A stretch of DNA of 64,000 bases from Patescibacteria group bacterium (GTDB taxonomy: Bacteria; Patescibacteriota; Minisyncoccia; UBA6257; Colwellbacteraceae). Below the pieces are notes generated by a model. The model saw only the letters and a list, made by a program, of their open reading frames with translations. It ran no database searches and was not told the origin of the DNA. A program made the translations under genes and the position numbers. Shown here piece after piece: positions 30,096-39,317 of the stretch; within the stretch, counting starts at the first letter, position 1; every line of letters begins with the position of its first letter. The stretch spans positions 117,996 to 181,995 of the forward strand of contig JAMCRD010000006.1 in NCBI GenBank assembly GCA_023380475.1. The letters are read 5' to 3'.

Positions 30096-30323
30096 CTAAG
30101 AAAATTCTATTTTTGCTCCATGCGCGTTCATAGCCTCCACAATCTTTTTCGCCGTAAGTTTGTTTAATGAGTCATGCCGAGGGATCATAGTTATAAATTT
30201 ACCCGAAGAAGTACTTATCTTGGTGTGCTTAGATCCTTGGTAAATGCTAAACCCAAAACTTACAGCAATTTGTACAAGTTCTGAGTTAGAAGTATCTGCC
30301 GTATTAACACTTCTGGGCTTCAC
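30096..30323 (-). CDS. hicA: HicA-family toxin (YcfA-like mRNA interferase)
   Basis: 75 aa, ...SELVQIAVSFGFSIYQGSKHTKISTSSGKFITMIPRHDSLNKLTAKKIVEAMN... matches the HicA SH3-like fold consensus. Confidence 0.6.
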   Translation of the reverse strand: MKPRSVNTADTSNSELVQIAVSFGFSIYQGSKHTKISTSSGKFITMIPRHDSLNKLTAKKIVEAMNAHGAKIEFS

Positions 30324-30672
30324 TTGTAGAAAGCGGGAATACGAACCTTTGTGTGCTCTGGATAATAGGAAAGATATCTAATTTCTGGGCAGCCTCAATA
30401 GGAGGAATATAATTTGGTACATAAGGGATGAATTTGTCTGGTATTTCAAAATATGTCTTGACGGCGTCATTAACCATTTCTATCAATTCCGAGAAGCTAC
30501 TTGCTTCTGTAAAGAGACCGCTGAACGTGTGAATAGTCGCCAAAAAATCGCCGTTCTCCGAACGTTCAACGCTCACCTTTATTTCACTTGGGAATAAAGC
30601 CCGATATTTATTAACTTCTTCTACTTCTCTCTTATCCATTTTTTGATGGTCATCATAGCATATGGCTAACAA
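30304..30672 (-). CDS. hicB: HicB-family antitoxin
   Basis: 122 aa, upstream of and overlapping hicA by 20 nt; N-terminal RNase-H-like HicB block (KVSVERSENGDFLATIHTFSGLFTEASSFSELIEMVNDAVKTYFE). Confidence 0.5.
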   Translation of the reverse strand: MLAICYDDHQKMDKREVEEVNKYRALFPSEIKVSVERSENGDFLATIHTFSGLFTEASSFSELIEMVNDAVKTYFEIPDKFIPYVPNYIPPIEAAQKLDIFPIIQSTQRFVFPLSTSEAQKC

Positions 30673-30752
30673 GAAAAGGTTTCAATGCCTATCGACAAAG
30701 CTATGCCCCATATGTAATCGCCACAAAACCGTTATAGAATGGGCTTCGACGA

Positions 30753-32534
30753 TTATATCTCTATGATCACCGGCAAGACCATTGGTCTGCGGAAGGTTTG
30801 AGACCAGATAAGCTGACCAATCTGATCGCGGAATACCGCCTTAAGATAGTCAGGATCAATCTGCTGGTTGTGCGGTATACGGCCCATAATGCCCTTTGTT
30901 TTTTGTCTGATTTCATCCAGAAGTTTCTGGTTGTCGCGCAGATATATGAAACCTCTCGAAACTATGTCCGGATTCTTGATCAGCCGACCAGTCTTATGGT
31001 CGATGGTTACGATCATGACCAGCATTCCTTCCTCGGCCAGCATAAGCCGATCGCGGAGGACAACTTCACCGATGTCGCCGACGCCCAGACCGTCCACCAG
31101 AACATAGTTGGCCGGTACGGTTTCCTCTGTGATAATGAAGTCGTTCTTTGTCAGGAAAGCAACTTGGCCATTGTCCATCAAACGGACATTTTGGGGCAGC
31201 AGTCCGCCGCGGACGGCGTTCTCGCCGTTGGCCGAACGCATGAAGTAATGTCCGTGCACCGGCACGAAATACCTAGGTTTAAGTATGCTTACAACCAAGG
31301 AGATATCGTCCGCTGGAGCATGGCCGCTAGCGTGAATGTCTATCAAGCTGGACGTATACACCCTGGTTTTTTGTCTGGCTATGTTGTCCTTGAGATTTTG
31401 GACACTCCTTTCGTTGCCAGGAATAACTGATGAAGAGAAGATAACCGTGTCGCCCGGCTTGAGATGAATGTGCCTGTGCTCGCCGCTAATTATTCTCATC
31501 AAGCCCGCGCTGGATTCTCCTTGGGCACCGGTAGTGAGTATCAGTATCTTGTCGTCCTTATACTTCGAGACCTCCTCAGTTGTGATTAAAGTTCCTTTCT
31601 TAGCCTTCAGATATCCGAGGTTTTGGGCTATCTGGACGTTATCTTTCATCGAGCGGCCGTTGATAACCACCTTTCGATCCAGCCTTTCGGCGATTTTGAT
31701 CATCTCGGCGATACGAGTGAGCATTGAAGAAAAAGTGGCGACGATGATGCGTCCACTGGCTTCCTTGAACAAAGCCTCCAGATTTTTCTCGACCGTACGT
31801 TCGGATATGCTGTGGCCGGGCTCCTCGGCATTGGTGCTGTCGCACAAGAAGGTATGCACACCTTGTTTGCCTACGGCGGCTATCACATCCAAACCGTTGG
31901 GCTTGCCATCAGCAGTGTAATCGATACGAAAGTCGCCGAAGTGAACAATGTTCCCAATCGGGGTTTTGATTATGACTCCCACTGAGTCGGGGATGGTGTG
32001 TTCGATATTGAAGAACTCCAGTTCGAAGTATTTACCAACCTTAACTTTATCGCCGTGAGAGACACTGATAACGTTCAATTTAGGAGCGTTCACAAATTCT
32101 TCCTGCCGCTTCTCAATGATTGCTTTCGTCAGCTTTGCGGTATAGATGGTCGGATTGCCAACTTTGCCTATAAGGTAGGGGATCGCACCGATGTGATCGT
32201 AGTGGCCGTGAGTTAAGACCACGGCTTTAACGTTGTTCTTGCGCGGTTCGATATAACTCACGTTGGGAATAATGTAATCAATCCCGGGCGTATCTTCCTC
32301 GGGGAACTGGAAGCCCATATCGATTATTATCATCTCGTCCTTGTACTCGAGCAGGCTCATATTTCTCCCTATTTCCTCCATCCCCCCCAAGGGAATGAGG
32401 CGTAGAGTGTCATCTGGTGTAGGTTTAACCTTCTTAGAGGTTTCCGTTGTCTGTCCTTCTGGTTTTACATGCGGCGACAAGCGGACAGTGCGTGTTCGTG
32501 GCATGTTTGGATTGCGTCTTATGCGCGGTGTCAT
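30753..32534 (-). CDS. rnj: Ribonuclease J (metallo-beta-lactamase/beta-CASP)
   Basis: VLTHGHYDHIGAIPYL motif, beta-CASP region, ~50-aa basic N-terminal extension. Confidence 0.9.
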   Translation of the reverse strand: MTPRIRRNPNMPRTRTVRLSPHVKPEGQTTETSKKVKPTPDDTLRLIPLGGMEEIGRNMSLLEYKDEMIIIDMGFQFPEEDTPGIDYIIPNVSYIEPRKNNVKAVVLTHGHYDHIGAIPYLIGKVGNPTIYTAKLTKAIIEKRQEEFVNAPKLNVISVSHGDKVKVGKYFELEFFNIEHTIPDSVGVIIKTPIGNIVHFGDFRIDYTADGKPNGLDVIAAVGKQGVHTFLCDSTNAEEPGHSISERTVEKNLEALFKEASGRIIVATFSSMLTRIAEMIKIAERLDRKVVINGRSMKDNVQIAQNLGYLKAKKGTLITTEEVSKYKDDKILILTTGAQGESSAGLMRIISGEHRHIHLKPGDTVIFSSSVIPGNERSVQNLKDNIARQKTRVYTSSLIDIHASGHAPADDISLVVSILKPRYFVPVHGHYFMRSANGENAVRGGLLPQNVRLMDNGQVAFLTKNDFIITEETVPANYVLVDGLGVGDIGEVVLRDRLMLAEEGMLVMIVTIDHKTGRLIKNPDIVSRGFIYLRDNQKLLDEIRQKTKGIMGRIPHNQQIDPDYLKAVFRDQIGQLIWSQTFRRPMVLPVIIEI

Positions 32535-32560
32535 TTTTATTTGATTTTATTGTTTATTAG

Positions 32561-32643
32561 TGCCGAGGGCGGGACTTGAACCCGCAAGCCTTGAAGGCAC
32601 ACGGCCCTGAACCGTGCATGTTTGCCAGTTTCATCACCTCGGC
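32561..32643 (-). tRNA. tRNA-Leu (anticodon CAG), class II with long variable arm
   Basis: Minus-strand GCCGAGG acceptor / CCUCGGC-A, anticodon loop UUCAGGG (CAG), variable-arm hairpin GCCUUCAAGGC, T-arm GCGGGUUCAAGUCCCGC. Confidence 0.85.
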
Positions 32644-33287
32644 GATGTAACAAACTCTTTTGCTATAAAGAACTTTCTTTCTAAACGCGGTACGTTTGGT
32701 TTGTAGTAAATGCGATTCAGCAGGGCGATCGAGTCTTGTTTGCTGAATGTTAACCTGAATGTTACCGGATCATTTCTAATAAAGCCCCTTTTACCAGTTG
32801 CACTCGTAATCTTTCTCCTAAGCCACAAGATGTGCGGCAGTGAAGCAGACATAAAAGTGGTGTAAAGGCGTAGACTTTTTGGATAAACCGGATCGTTATA
32901 TTTCATGATACAACCATCTCCATCCAAATGTCCTCTGAGAAAATCAAAGAAGAGATCATTGGGTATCTTTAATGCCCCAAGACGTTTTGATTTATTGGGC
33001 ATTAAACCAACATCGAGAAGCCATCGGTAAAGTGTGACATTGCCAAATTGGATGTGAAACGAACTTAATCTGTTAGTGTAACTACTCCGCTTTCTAACTA
33101 TTCCGTTTTTTAAATTAAGGCACTTTTTAAAAGTCTCCATTTGATCCTTATCATTCGAAGTAAAGTCGAAGTGACGGCCATCCGGAGACAAACAGCCGTC
33201 TGTGGTGATAAGTCCCACGGCGTATGCAATCTGGGGTGACCAAGCAATTTCTTTTTGTCTAGGATACATTGACTTACTTGCGTCCAT
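32634..33287 (-). CDS. Free-standing LAGLIDADG homing endonuclease (two-motif, single-chain type)
   Basis: AYAVGLITTDGCL (motif 1) and FLRGHLDGDGCI (motif 2); wedged between pgi and tRNA-Leu, overlapping the tRNA 5' end by ~10 nt. Confidence 0.75.
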   Translation of the reverse strand: MDASKSMYPRQKEIAWSPQIAYAVGLITTDGCLSPDGRHFDFTSNDKDQMETFKKCLNLKNGIVRKRSSYTNRLSSFHIQFGNVTLYRWLLDVGLMPNKSKRLGALKIPNDLFFDFLRGHLDGDGCIMKYNDPVYPKSLRLYTTFMSASLPHILWLRRKITSATGKRGFIRNDPVTFRLTFSKQDSIALLNRIYYKPNVPRLERKFFIAKEFVTSPR

Positions 33288-34224
33288 AGTGTTTGTCTGA
33301 GCTGGCCGAACTTGCTTTCATCCAAGCTTTTAAGGTATCAATGCTCCGCGTTTCCTTTGGATCCCTGCCTTTGGCTATAGCCAGTTTGGTGGCTACAGCT
33401 TCTCCCAGGTAAACGCCTTTCCAGAAACGCTCGAACATAGTTTTACCATTTAATCTGACTACTAAAGTTTCTCCGCCAAGCTTTCTTATGATTTTCCCCG
33501 TAAGAGCTATGCGTTTTTCAATATACTCGGATTCACTCGGGTCTTGGATGAACATAACGCGGAACGGACTAGCCTGACCTTCGAAGCCGACAATCTCGTT
33601 ATGGTCCAGTTCCGGGAGCTGATCGACAAAGGCAGGAGTTTTGGCCGTTTCGTTAAGCCATATCTTCCAAATGTAAGCGAGAGACTTAAGTTGGTTTGAA
33701 GTATATATAAGAGGGACCTTTTTGTCAATAAATTTCAGGATGCCTGCGGCAGTGGCCGTTTTCTTTTTGGTGGGTATCGCCAGTTTCTTGCTGGTGACGC
33801 CGGCGGCGCTTGTTATCTTAATGAGTCCTTCAAATAGCGGAACTAGCGCGAAGCGCGGTACAAGCCCATCTTTATCAAATGTTACAAGCGGGAGTTTACG
33901 TGCCTCGGCCATTTTCTTCAGCTCTCCTCCAGTGGTAAGGACGGCTGTTTTCGAATGACCAACTTTTAATGCAGCCTCGAGGCCGCTGATGGTCTCGGCG
34001 GTCTCGCCGGAGAAGGAAACGGTTACAAACAAGGTGTACTTAGCGATATGCGGTGGCAGATTGTAATCTTTCCATATGACTACGGGAACTTTCACGCCTA
34101 ACGTGTCCCGGAAGGCGTCGAGTATCTCGCCTGGCAGGCCCGAACCGCCCATACCGCATATGACCAATTGGCTGGCCCTGAACCCTTTTAACTTTTCGAA
34201 GTGCTTTATGGAGTATTTGGTCAT
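33274..34224 (-). CDS. pgi: Bifunctional phosphoglucose/phosphomannose isomerase (SIS-domain, archaeal-type PGI/PMI)
   Basis: LVICGMGGSGLPGEILDAF and SFSGETAETI SIS-domain motifs; ~316 aa. Confidence 0.75.
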   Translation of the reverse strand: MTKYSIKHFEKLKGFRASQLVICGMGGSGLPGEILDAFRDTLGVKVPVVIWKDYNLPPHIAKYTLFVTVSFSGETAETISGLEAALKVGHSKTAVLTTGGELKKMAEARKLPLVTFDKDGLVPRFALVPLFEGLIKITSAAGVTSKKLAIPTKKKTATAAGILKFIDKKVPLIYTSNQLKSLAYIWKIWLNETAKTPAFVDQLPELDHNEIVGFEGQASPFRVMFIQDPSESEYIEKRIALTGKIIRKLGGETLVVRLNGKTMFERFWKGVYLGEAVATKLAIAKGRDPKETRSIDTLKAWMKASSASSDKHYGRK

Positions 34225-34227
34225 CGG

Positions 34228-35802
34228 TTACCTAAAGACTCTCTTGGTATTTATATACCATGAAGTTATATCTGAGAACCGGTCGGAGGCGACCGATATG
34301 TACTTGGTGCCGCTGAATCCGCCCAAGGTTGGGGTCGCAATATACAGATAATCCGGGGAATAGAGGAATATAGCCGGCAGGTCGCTGGCGATCTTGTTGC
34401 TGATCGTTTCCAAAAGCTGGGCGCGCTGGGTCGGATCAAAGGTGCTGCGATACTGCTCCAAAGCCGCGTCGACGCTTTTGTTGCTGTACAGTGATAGGTT
34501 CTGATCGGGGTAGAATCTTTGCGATGAATCCCAGAAAGCGAACAAGTCTTGGTTGGAGTCGGTGATATTGCCGAAGAGCAGCAGGGAATAATTGGAATTC
34601 TTGAGCGTATCTTCCTGGATGGTTTCGACCGGTAAAATGTTGAGGGCCAGGCTTATTCCCGCAGTTGCCCAGTCAGCTTGAATCATATCAGCGGTTTTAA
34701 CCAAGAAAGGATCGTCGGGTACGGTGAGTTGCAGCGACAGACCATTCAGAAGAGTTGAGGTAGATGACGTGGCGGATACGGGGTTCTGAGCCAGAGTGGT
34801 CGGTCCGTAGAGTACCTGGCCGTGGCCGCCCAGCACGTCGTTCACCAGTGCGGTGCGGTCGATAAGGGCCGATAGGGCCGAGCGGACTTTTATGTCTTGA
34901 AGCTGCTGCGGCGCCGTGGCCGGGTTTATGAATACGGCGTAGTAACGGTAGGTGTTCAGGTAGTACGGGGTATAACGTACAGCCAAGTTGGATATCACCG
35001 GATCATACGTTGAGAGGCCAAAGGAGTCTATCTGCCCGGCGTTGTAGGCGGCTACCAAACTTTGCGGGTCTTGGTAGAACTTGAAAACCAATGTGGAGAT
35101 ATTGGGAGCAGTGCCGAAATAGCGGTTGTTTGCAGCCAAGGTAACTGAGGTTATTGTCCCATCAGGAGCAGTCGAGTAGTCGTCGGCTATATAGGGACCC
35201 GAACCCACCGGCTTCAAGGCGTACACGGAGAGGTGCCAGTTTTGCACGGGTATATTGGCAAAGATATGCTCCGGAATTATAAGCATATTTTGCAGTTGGT
35301 TCTGCTGAAAGAAGGCGTACGGTGCCGGCAAGGAGAAGGTTACTTCTAGGGCGCTGACCCTGGTTACCTGAACGCCTTCAAAACTGCGGTAGAGGGGTGA
35401 ATTGTTATCGGGGTTTTGGATGGCCTGCATCGTGAAGACGACATCGTCCGCTGTTAGCTTCTGCCCGTCGCTCCAAAAGACATTTTGTTTCAAGCGCACA
35501 GTATAAGTCCGGTTGTCGGGAGACAGGGTTATGCTGTCGGCTAGATCGTCCACGCTCGAGTAAACCAGCTGTGAGATGTCGCGGTCGGCTTGGGTTACGG
35601 GTATTACCGGGTTTATTATGACCGGCTGGCTGGCTATGCCTTCGCGCAGTTCGCCGCCTGTGTCCCCGACCAAGTAACTGTTGGTTTGGACGTAGATGAC
35701 TGTGATTGCTACGGCGGAGACAATTGCGACCAAGAGCGCCACATAAAAGACGAAGCGTTCTCGGCTGGTCATGGCTTTGATTATCGCTGCAAGGCGTTTC
35801 AT
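34228..35802 (-). CDS. Extracellular solute-binding protein, family 5 (Opp/Dpp-type), orphan
   Basis: N-terminal anchor helix; SBP_bac_5-like core (YTVRLKQNVFWSDGQKLTADDVVFT); no ABC permease or ATPase adjacent. Confidence 0.75.
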   Translation of the reverse strand: MKRLAAIIKAMTSRERFVFYVALLVAIVSAVAITVIYVQTNSYLVGDTGGELREGIASQPVIINPVIPVTQADRDISQLVYSSVDDLADSITLSPDNRTYTVRLKQNVFWSDGQKLTADDVVFTMQAIQNPDNNSPLYRSFEGVQVTRVSALEVTFSLPAPYAFFQQNQLQNMLIIPEHIFANIPVQNWHLSVYALKPVGSGPYIADDYSTAPDGTITSVTLAANNRYFGTAPNISTLVFKFYQDPQSLVAAYNAGQIDSFGLSTYDPVISNLAVRYTPYYLNTYRYYAVFINPATAPQQLQDIKVRSALSALIDRTALVNDVLGGHGQVLYGPTTLAQNPVSATSSTSTLLNGLSLQLTVPDDPFLVKTADMIQADWATAGISLALNILPVETIQEDTLKNSNYSLLLFGNITDSNQDLFAFWDSSQRFYPDQNLSLYSNKSVDAALEQYRSTFDPTQRAQLLETISNKIASDLPAIFLYSPDYLYIATPTLGGFSGTKYISVASDRFSDITSWYINTKRVFR

Positions 35803-35846
35803 GCTGCGTAGTTGATAATGGGCCAGCCGCTAAGGCTGGTGCCAGG

Positions 35847-36068
35847 CTAGTGTTTTACAAGGTTGATCACCGACAGCGCGATGAATATCACTATCGCTGT
35901 GATGGTCGCTATAAACAATATTTTCTCTACACCGCGACGGGCTTGGTAGACCCCGCCCATGTCGCCACCGCCAAAAAGGCCGGAAATGCCGGACTCTCGC
36001 TCCTGTAACAAAATCAGGATGATGATTATTACCGAAACCAATATCTGGGCGATGTTGATGTAGCTCAT
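35847..36068 (-). CDS. secG: Preprotein translocase subunit SecG
   Basis: 73-aa two-TM protein with LLQERESGISGLFGGGDMGG glycine-rich loop typical of SecG. Confidence 0.7.
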   Translation of the reverse strand: MSYINIAQILVSVIIIILILLQERESGISGLFGGGDMGGVYQARRGVEKILFIATITAIVIFIALSVINLVKH

Positions 36069-36080
36069 GCGGTTTAGCGA

Positions 36081-36443
36081 CTAGATCATATGAACAACCA
36101 GGTTCACCAGAGTCAGGATGATGGTAGCATAGGCCAACGGGACAATTCCACTGAAACTGACCGTCGGCACGATAAGGGTCAGGATATACAAACCCACGCC
36201 GTTTATCACTAGGGTAAGCAGGCCGAGTGTCAGGGCGACCAGCGGCGAAAGGATGAATTTCAGGATAGCGACGACCGTCAAGTTTATCAGAGTTAAGACT
36301 AGGGCCGCTATGACAAGCAAGACCAGTCCGTCGACGCTAAGCGGTATCGTGACTCCGGGGATGGTGGCTCCGGAGACGTAAGTACCGGTAAGCCACAATC
36401 CTGCGCCGTTGGCGACTATGCCGATGATAATCTTCTTTAGCAT
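36081..36443 (-). CDS. Four-TM small membrane protein (phage holin family IV / DUF360-like)
   Basis: 120 aa, four hydrophobic helices, LTLGLLTLVINGVGLYILTLIVP resembles the DUF360 consensus. Confidence 0.4.
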   Translation of the reverse strand: MLKKIIIGIVANGAGLWLTGTYVSGATIPGVTIPLSVDGLVLLVIAALVLTLINLTVVAILKFILSPLVALTLGLLTLVINGVGLYILTLIVPTVSFSGIVPLAYATIILTLVNLVVHMI

Positions 36444-36487
36444 CTTCTGTTTAAATCTAGTTCAATCCGTGCCTTTTTTCAAAGCGA

Positions 36488-38029
36488 TCAGACAAGTAGT
36501 TTCAGCAGACTTACGCCGCTCATCTCGGCTGGCTGGGGCAGGCCTAGGATCTCAAGGATGGACGGGGCAACGTCGGATAGGACGCCGGCACTCTCTTTTT
36601 CTCCACTTTCGACGTCAAAATCGTCGCGGAGGCGTTCCCAATCTTTGGCAACTATATATATAGGTACGGGGCTGTCGTCGTGCTTAGTCTCGATCACCCC
36701 CGTTAGTGGATCGATCATCCGCTCGATATTACCATGATCTGATGTTACGACCATGACCGCCCCGGTGGCGTAGACGGCCTTGACCAACTCAGCGATTTGG
36801 GAATCGACGACCTCAATCGCTTTAAGGGCCGCATCAAAGTTGCCGGTATGGGCCATTAAGTCAGGGTTGGCGTAATTGATGAGGATAAAATCGTAAACGC
36901 GCTCGCTTATAGCCGAGATGGCTCGGGCGGTTATCTCTGGAGCCATGAGTTCGGGGAACTCCTCCGGCCGGGCGGTGGTGCGGGAGGGGATAACGGCCCG
37001 ATATTCGTTTTTGAAGGGGGGCTCGCGATAACCATTGAAGTAGTAAGTCACATGGGCGTACCGCTCCGATTCTGCCAGCCGCAGTTGTACCCGCCCGTTG
37101 TCCGAAAGCACCTTGCCGAGGGGGTTGTCGATAACTTCCTGCGGGAAGGCCACCGGTAGGGAGAATTTTTGGCTATAGTTTGTGAAAGTGGTTAGTAAAA
37201 CATCCGGCAATTCGGCATTTACGAACATTTCGGTCAGCTGACGCATGCTGTCCTCCCGGAAATTAAAGAAAATAGCGCTGTCGCCTTTTTGGATCGTTCC
37301 ATCCTCGAGCAATAAGGCCGGCTCGACGAACTCATCGGTCAGTCCACCGGCATAAAAACTGGTAATGTATTGCGCGGCATTTTTGCCAGTCGGACGATTT
37401 GCCGCCGGCGAACCGGTTAGGGCGTTATAGGCTTTTTCGGTCCGGTCGGTATGGAAGTCCCGATCCATAGCGAAGTACCTGCCGCAAACGCTGGCGATCC
37501 TCAATCCCGGGTTGTCAGCCAAAAGTTTATTCAAAAGGTCTATCGCGCTTTTGGGAGGGCTGTCGATGCCATCGGTGAACAGATGCAGATTCAGGCGTTC
37601 GTTGGCGATGCCTTCGCTCTTGACCAAGCGGACGAGGGCTTGCAGATGTTCCATGGATGAGTGAACGTGTCCGCTCGATAAGAGACCGACCAGATGGATG
37701 CGTGAATTGTTGTCTGTGCCGTGGCGCAAGGCTGCCAGCAACATCGGATTTTTATAGAAAGTCCCGTTCCTGATTGCCAGGGTTATACGGGGGAAAGACT
37801 GGTAGATGACTCGCCCGGCGCCCAAGGTAAGGTGCCCGACTTCGGAATTACCCTCTTCTTCCCACGGGAGCCCAACCGCTATGCCGGACGCTTGGAGCGA
37901 TCCGCTGTAGTGGTTGTGTTTTATCCAGTCAATTGTTGGCGGCTTGGCTATGTGGATTGGGTTGGATCCGTCTTTGCGTCCGATGCCCCATCCATCCAAG
38001 ATCACCATAACAACCGTCCGACGATTCAT
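36488..38029 (-). CDS. gpmI: 2,3-bisphosphoglycerate-independent phosphoglycerate mutase
   Basis: VMVILDGWGIG, NSEVGHLTLGAGR, TSDHGN motifs of iPGM; an AGGAG Shine-Dalgarno ~11 nt upstream (one of the few in the window). Confidence 0.95.
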   Translation of the reverse strand: MNRRTVVMVILDGWGIGRKDGSNPIHIAKPPTIDWIKHNHYSGSLQASGIAVGLPWEEEGNSEVGHLTLGAGRVIYQSFPRITLAIRNGTFYKNPMLLAALRHGTDNNSRIHLVGLLSSGHVHSSMEHLQALVRLVKSEGIANERLNLHLFTDGIDSPPKSAIDLLNKLLADNPGLRIASVCGRYFAMDRDFHTDRTEKAYNALTGSPAANRPTGKNAAQYITSFYAGGLTDEFVEPALLLEDGTIQKGDSAIFFNFREDSMRQLTEMFVNAELPDVLLTTFTNYSQKFSLPVAFPQEVIDNPLGKVLSDNGRVQLRLAESERYAHVTYYFNGYREPPFKNEYRAVIPSRTTARPEEFPELMAPEITARAISAISERVYDFILINYANPDLMAHTGNFDAALKAIEVVDSQIAELVKAVYATGAVMVVTSDHGNIERMIDPLTGVIETKHDDSPVPIYIVAKDWERLRDDFDVESGEKESAGVLSDVAPSILEILGLPQPAEMSGVSLLKLLV

Positions 38030-38127
38030 CGACCATATTTTATGCTCCTATGTTGTTTTAGTCATTCGGCAGGAGCGGGCGATAGTTATTTGACACTATT
38101 GCCGAGTTAGCCATATTCTTCCCCTCG

Positions 38128-38937
38128 ATGACCGAAGTCTGCAAGGCAAATATTGCCGATCACGCCCGAGAGATATCCCACGCCGTTTTCCGAGTGGCTA
38201 AAGTTATCGAGCAGCCAAAGCTTAAAGAGGAGCTTGAAAATGCGGCTGTAGAGTTGGTTGCCAAAGCTGGGGAGGTGCCGTATGTCTCGTTTGTGCCCAA
38301 GGACGTGGAGTTACCGTATTTGCCTTATGTGGATAGATTGATCAACCTGGTTAAGTTAGCCGAGGTTATCGGTGAAATAAAACCAGTCAACGCCCAAGTT
38401 ATAGCTAGAGAAGCCGCAAAACTTAGAATGGAAATTGCCGATTCAACCGGCAAAGTTAGTGAAGTAAACCTTGAGCACGTTTTTGGTGTAGAGAGCGAAT
38501 CAGAAAATCCGGCTCACGGCTTGGGAGATAAGAAAGTAGAGATAACTTCACCTGTCGCAGAAGACAGGCGAGAGTCAGAACAACCCCAACCCGACAGATT
38601 TGTTAAGCCCCAGGCACTTGAGTTGAACCAGGCATCCAGTCGGCAATCGGCAATGCTTAATTTCGTAAAGTCGCTGCCGAATGGTTGCCGAATGAAGGAT
38701 ATGCTTGAGCATTTCCCGAGTGTGAGCGAAAGAACCATCAGAAACGACCTTCAAACTTTAGTCTCAGGCGGCTTTATCGAAAGATTCGGAGCTGTGCAGG
38801 GGCCTTTTGCTTACTACCGAAGCAGGAACACGGTCTTTACAAAAGATCAAATAAATGGTGTTGGAGCTGCTCGGGCGAGTGATGACCTGTTGTCCGTGAC
38901 TAGTAACGAAGATAGGAAAGGTGGCGTTATAAGTTAG
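38128..38937 (+). CDS. Hypothetical protein with C-terminal winged-helix domain (putative transcriptional regulator)
   Basis: C-terminal FVKSLPNGCRMKDMLEHFPSVSERTIRNDLQTLVSGGFIERF resembles a DeoR/wHTH DNA-binding domain; acidic linker. Confidence 0.35.
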   Translation: MTEVCKANIADHAREISHAVFRVAKVIEQPKLKEELENAAVELVAKAGEVPYVSFVPKDVELPYLPYVDRLINLVKLAEVIGEIKPVNAQVIAREAAKLRMEIADSTGKVSEVNLEHVFGVESESENPAHGLGDKKVEITSPVAEDRRESEQPQPDRFVKPQALELNQASSRQSAMLNFVKSLPNGCRMKDMLEHFPSVSERTIRNDLQTLVSGGFIERFGAVQGPFAYYRSRNTVFTKDQINGVGAARASDDLLSVTSNEDRKGGVIS

Positions 38938-39317
38938 TAGGGCAATGGCCCTGCGCGATTCTGTCTCCGGTAGCTGGATAATTCACAATCATTCGGTTGC
39001 AGAGGCAGAGTACGTACATTATAATTTTGTCAGGCTTGTGTGAGGCGAGCCGCCCGTTTTTGCAATATAACTGTCGCTGACTAGCGACGGGCAAGAGCCT
39101 CACTCAAGAAAGTGGGGCTTTTGCTTATCCCAAGACCCCGTTAACAAGTTTCTAGGGTTATCTGCAGCCATCGGTTAGCCGACGCCTCACGAGTTCGGAG
39201 ACCGGTCGATGGTGACGCAAGTGGATAATCTCCCGGAAGAACCCATTCTTCTGTTGCTGTAATAAGCAAGGAGGAATCGGGGGTCAAAAACAAAACTGAA
39301 ATAGAAATCAAAGTCGA

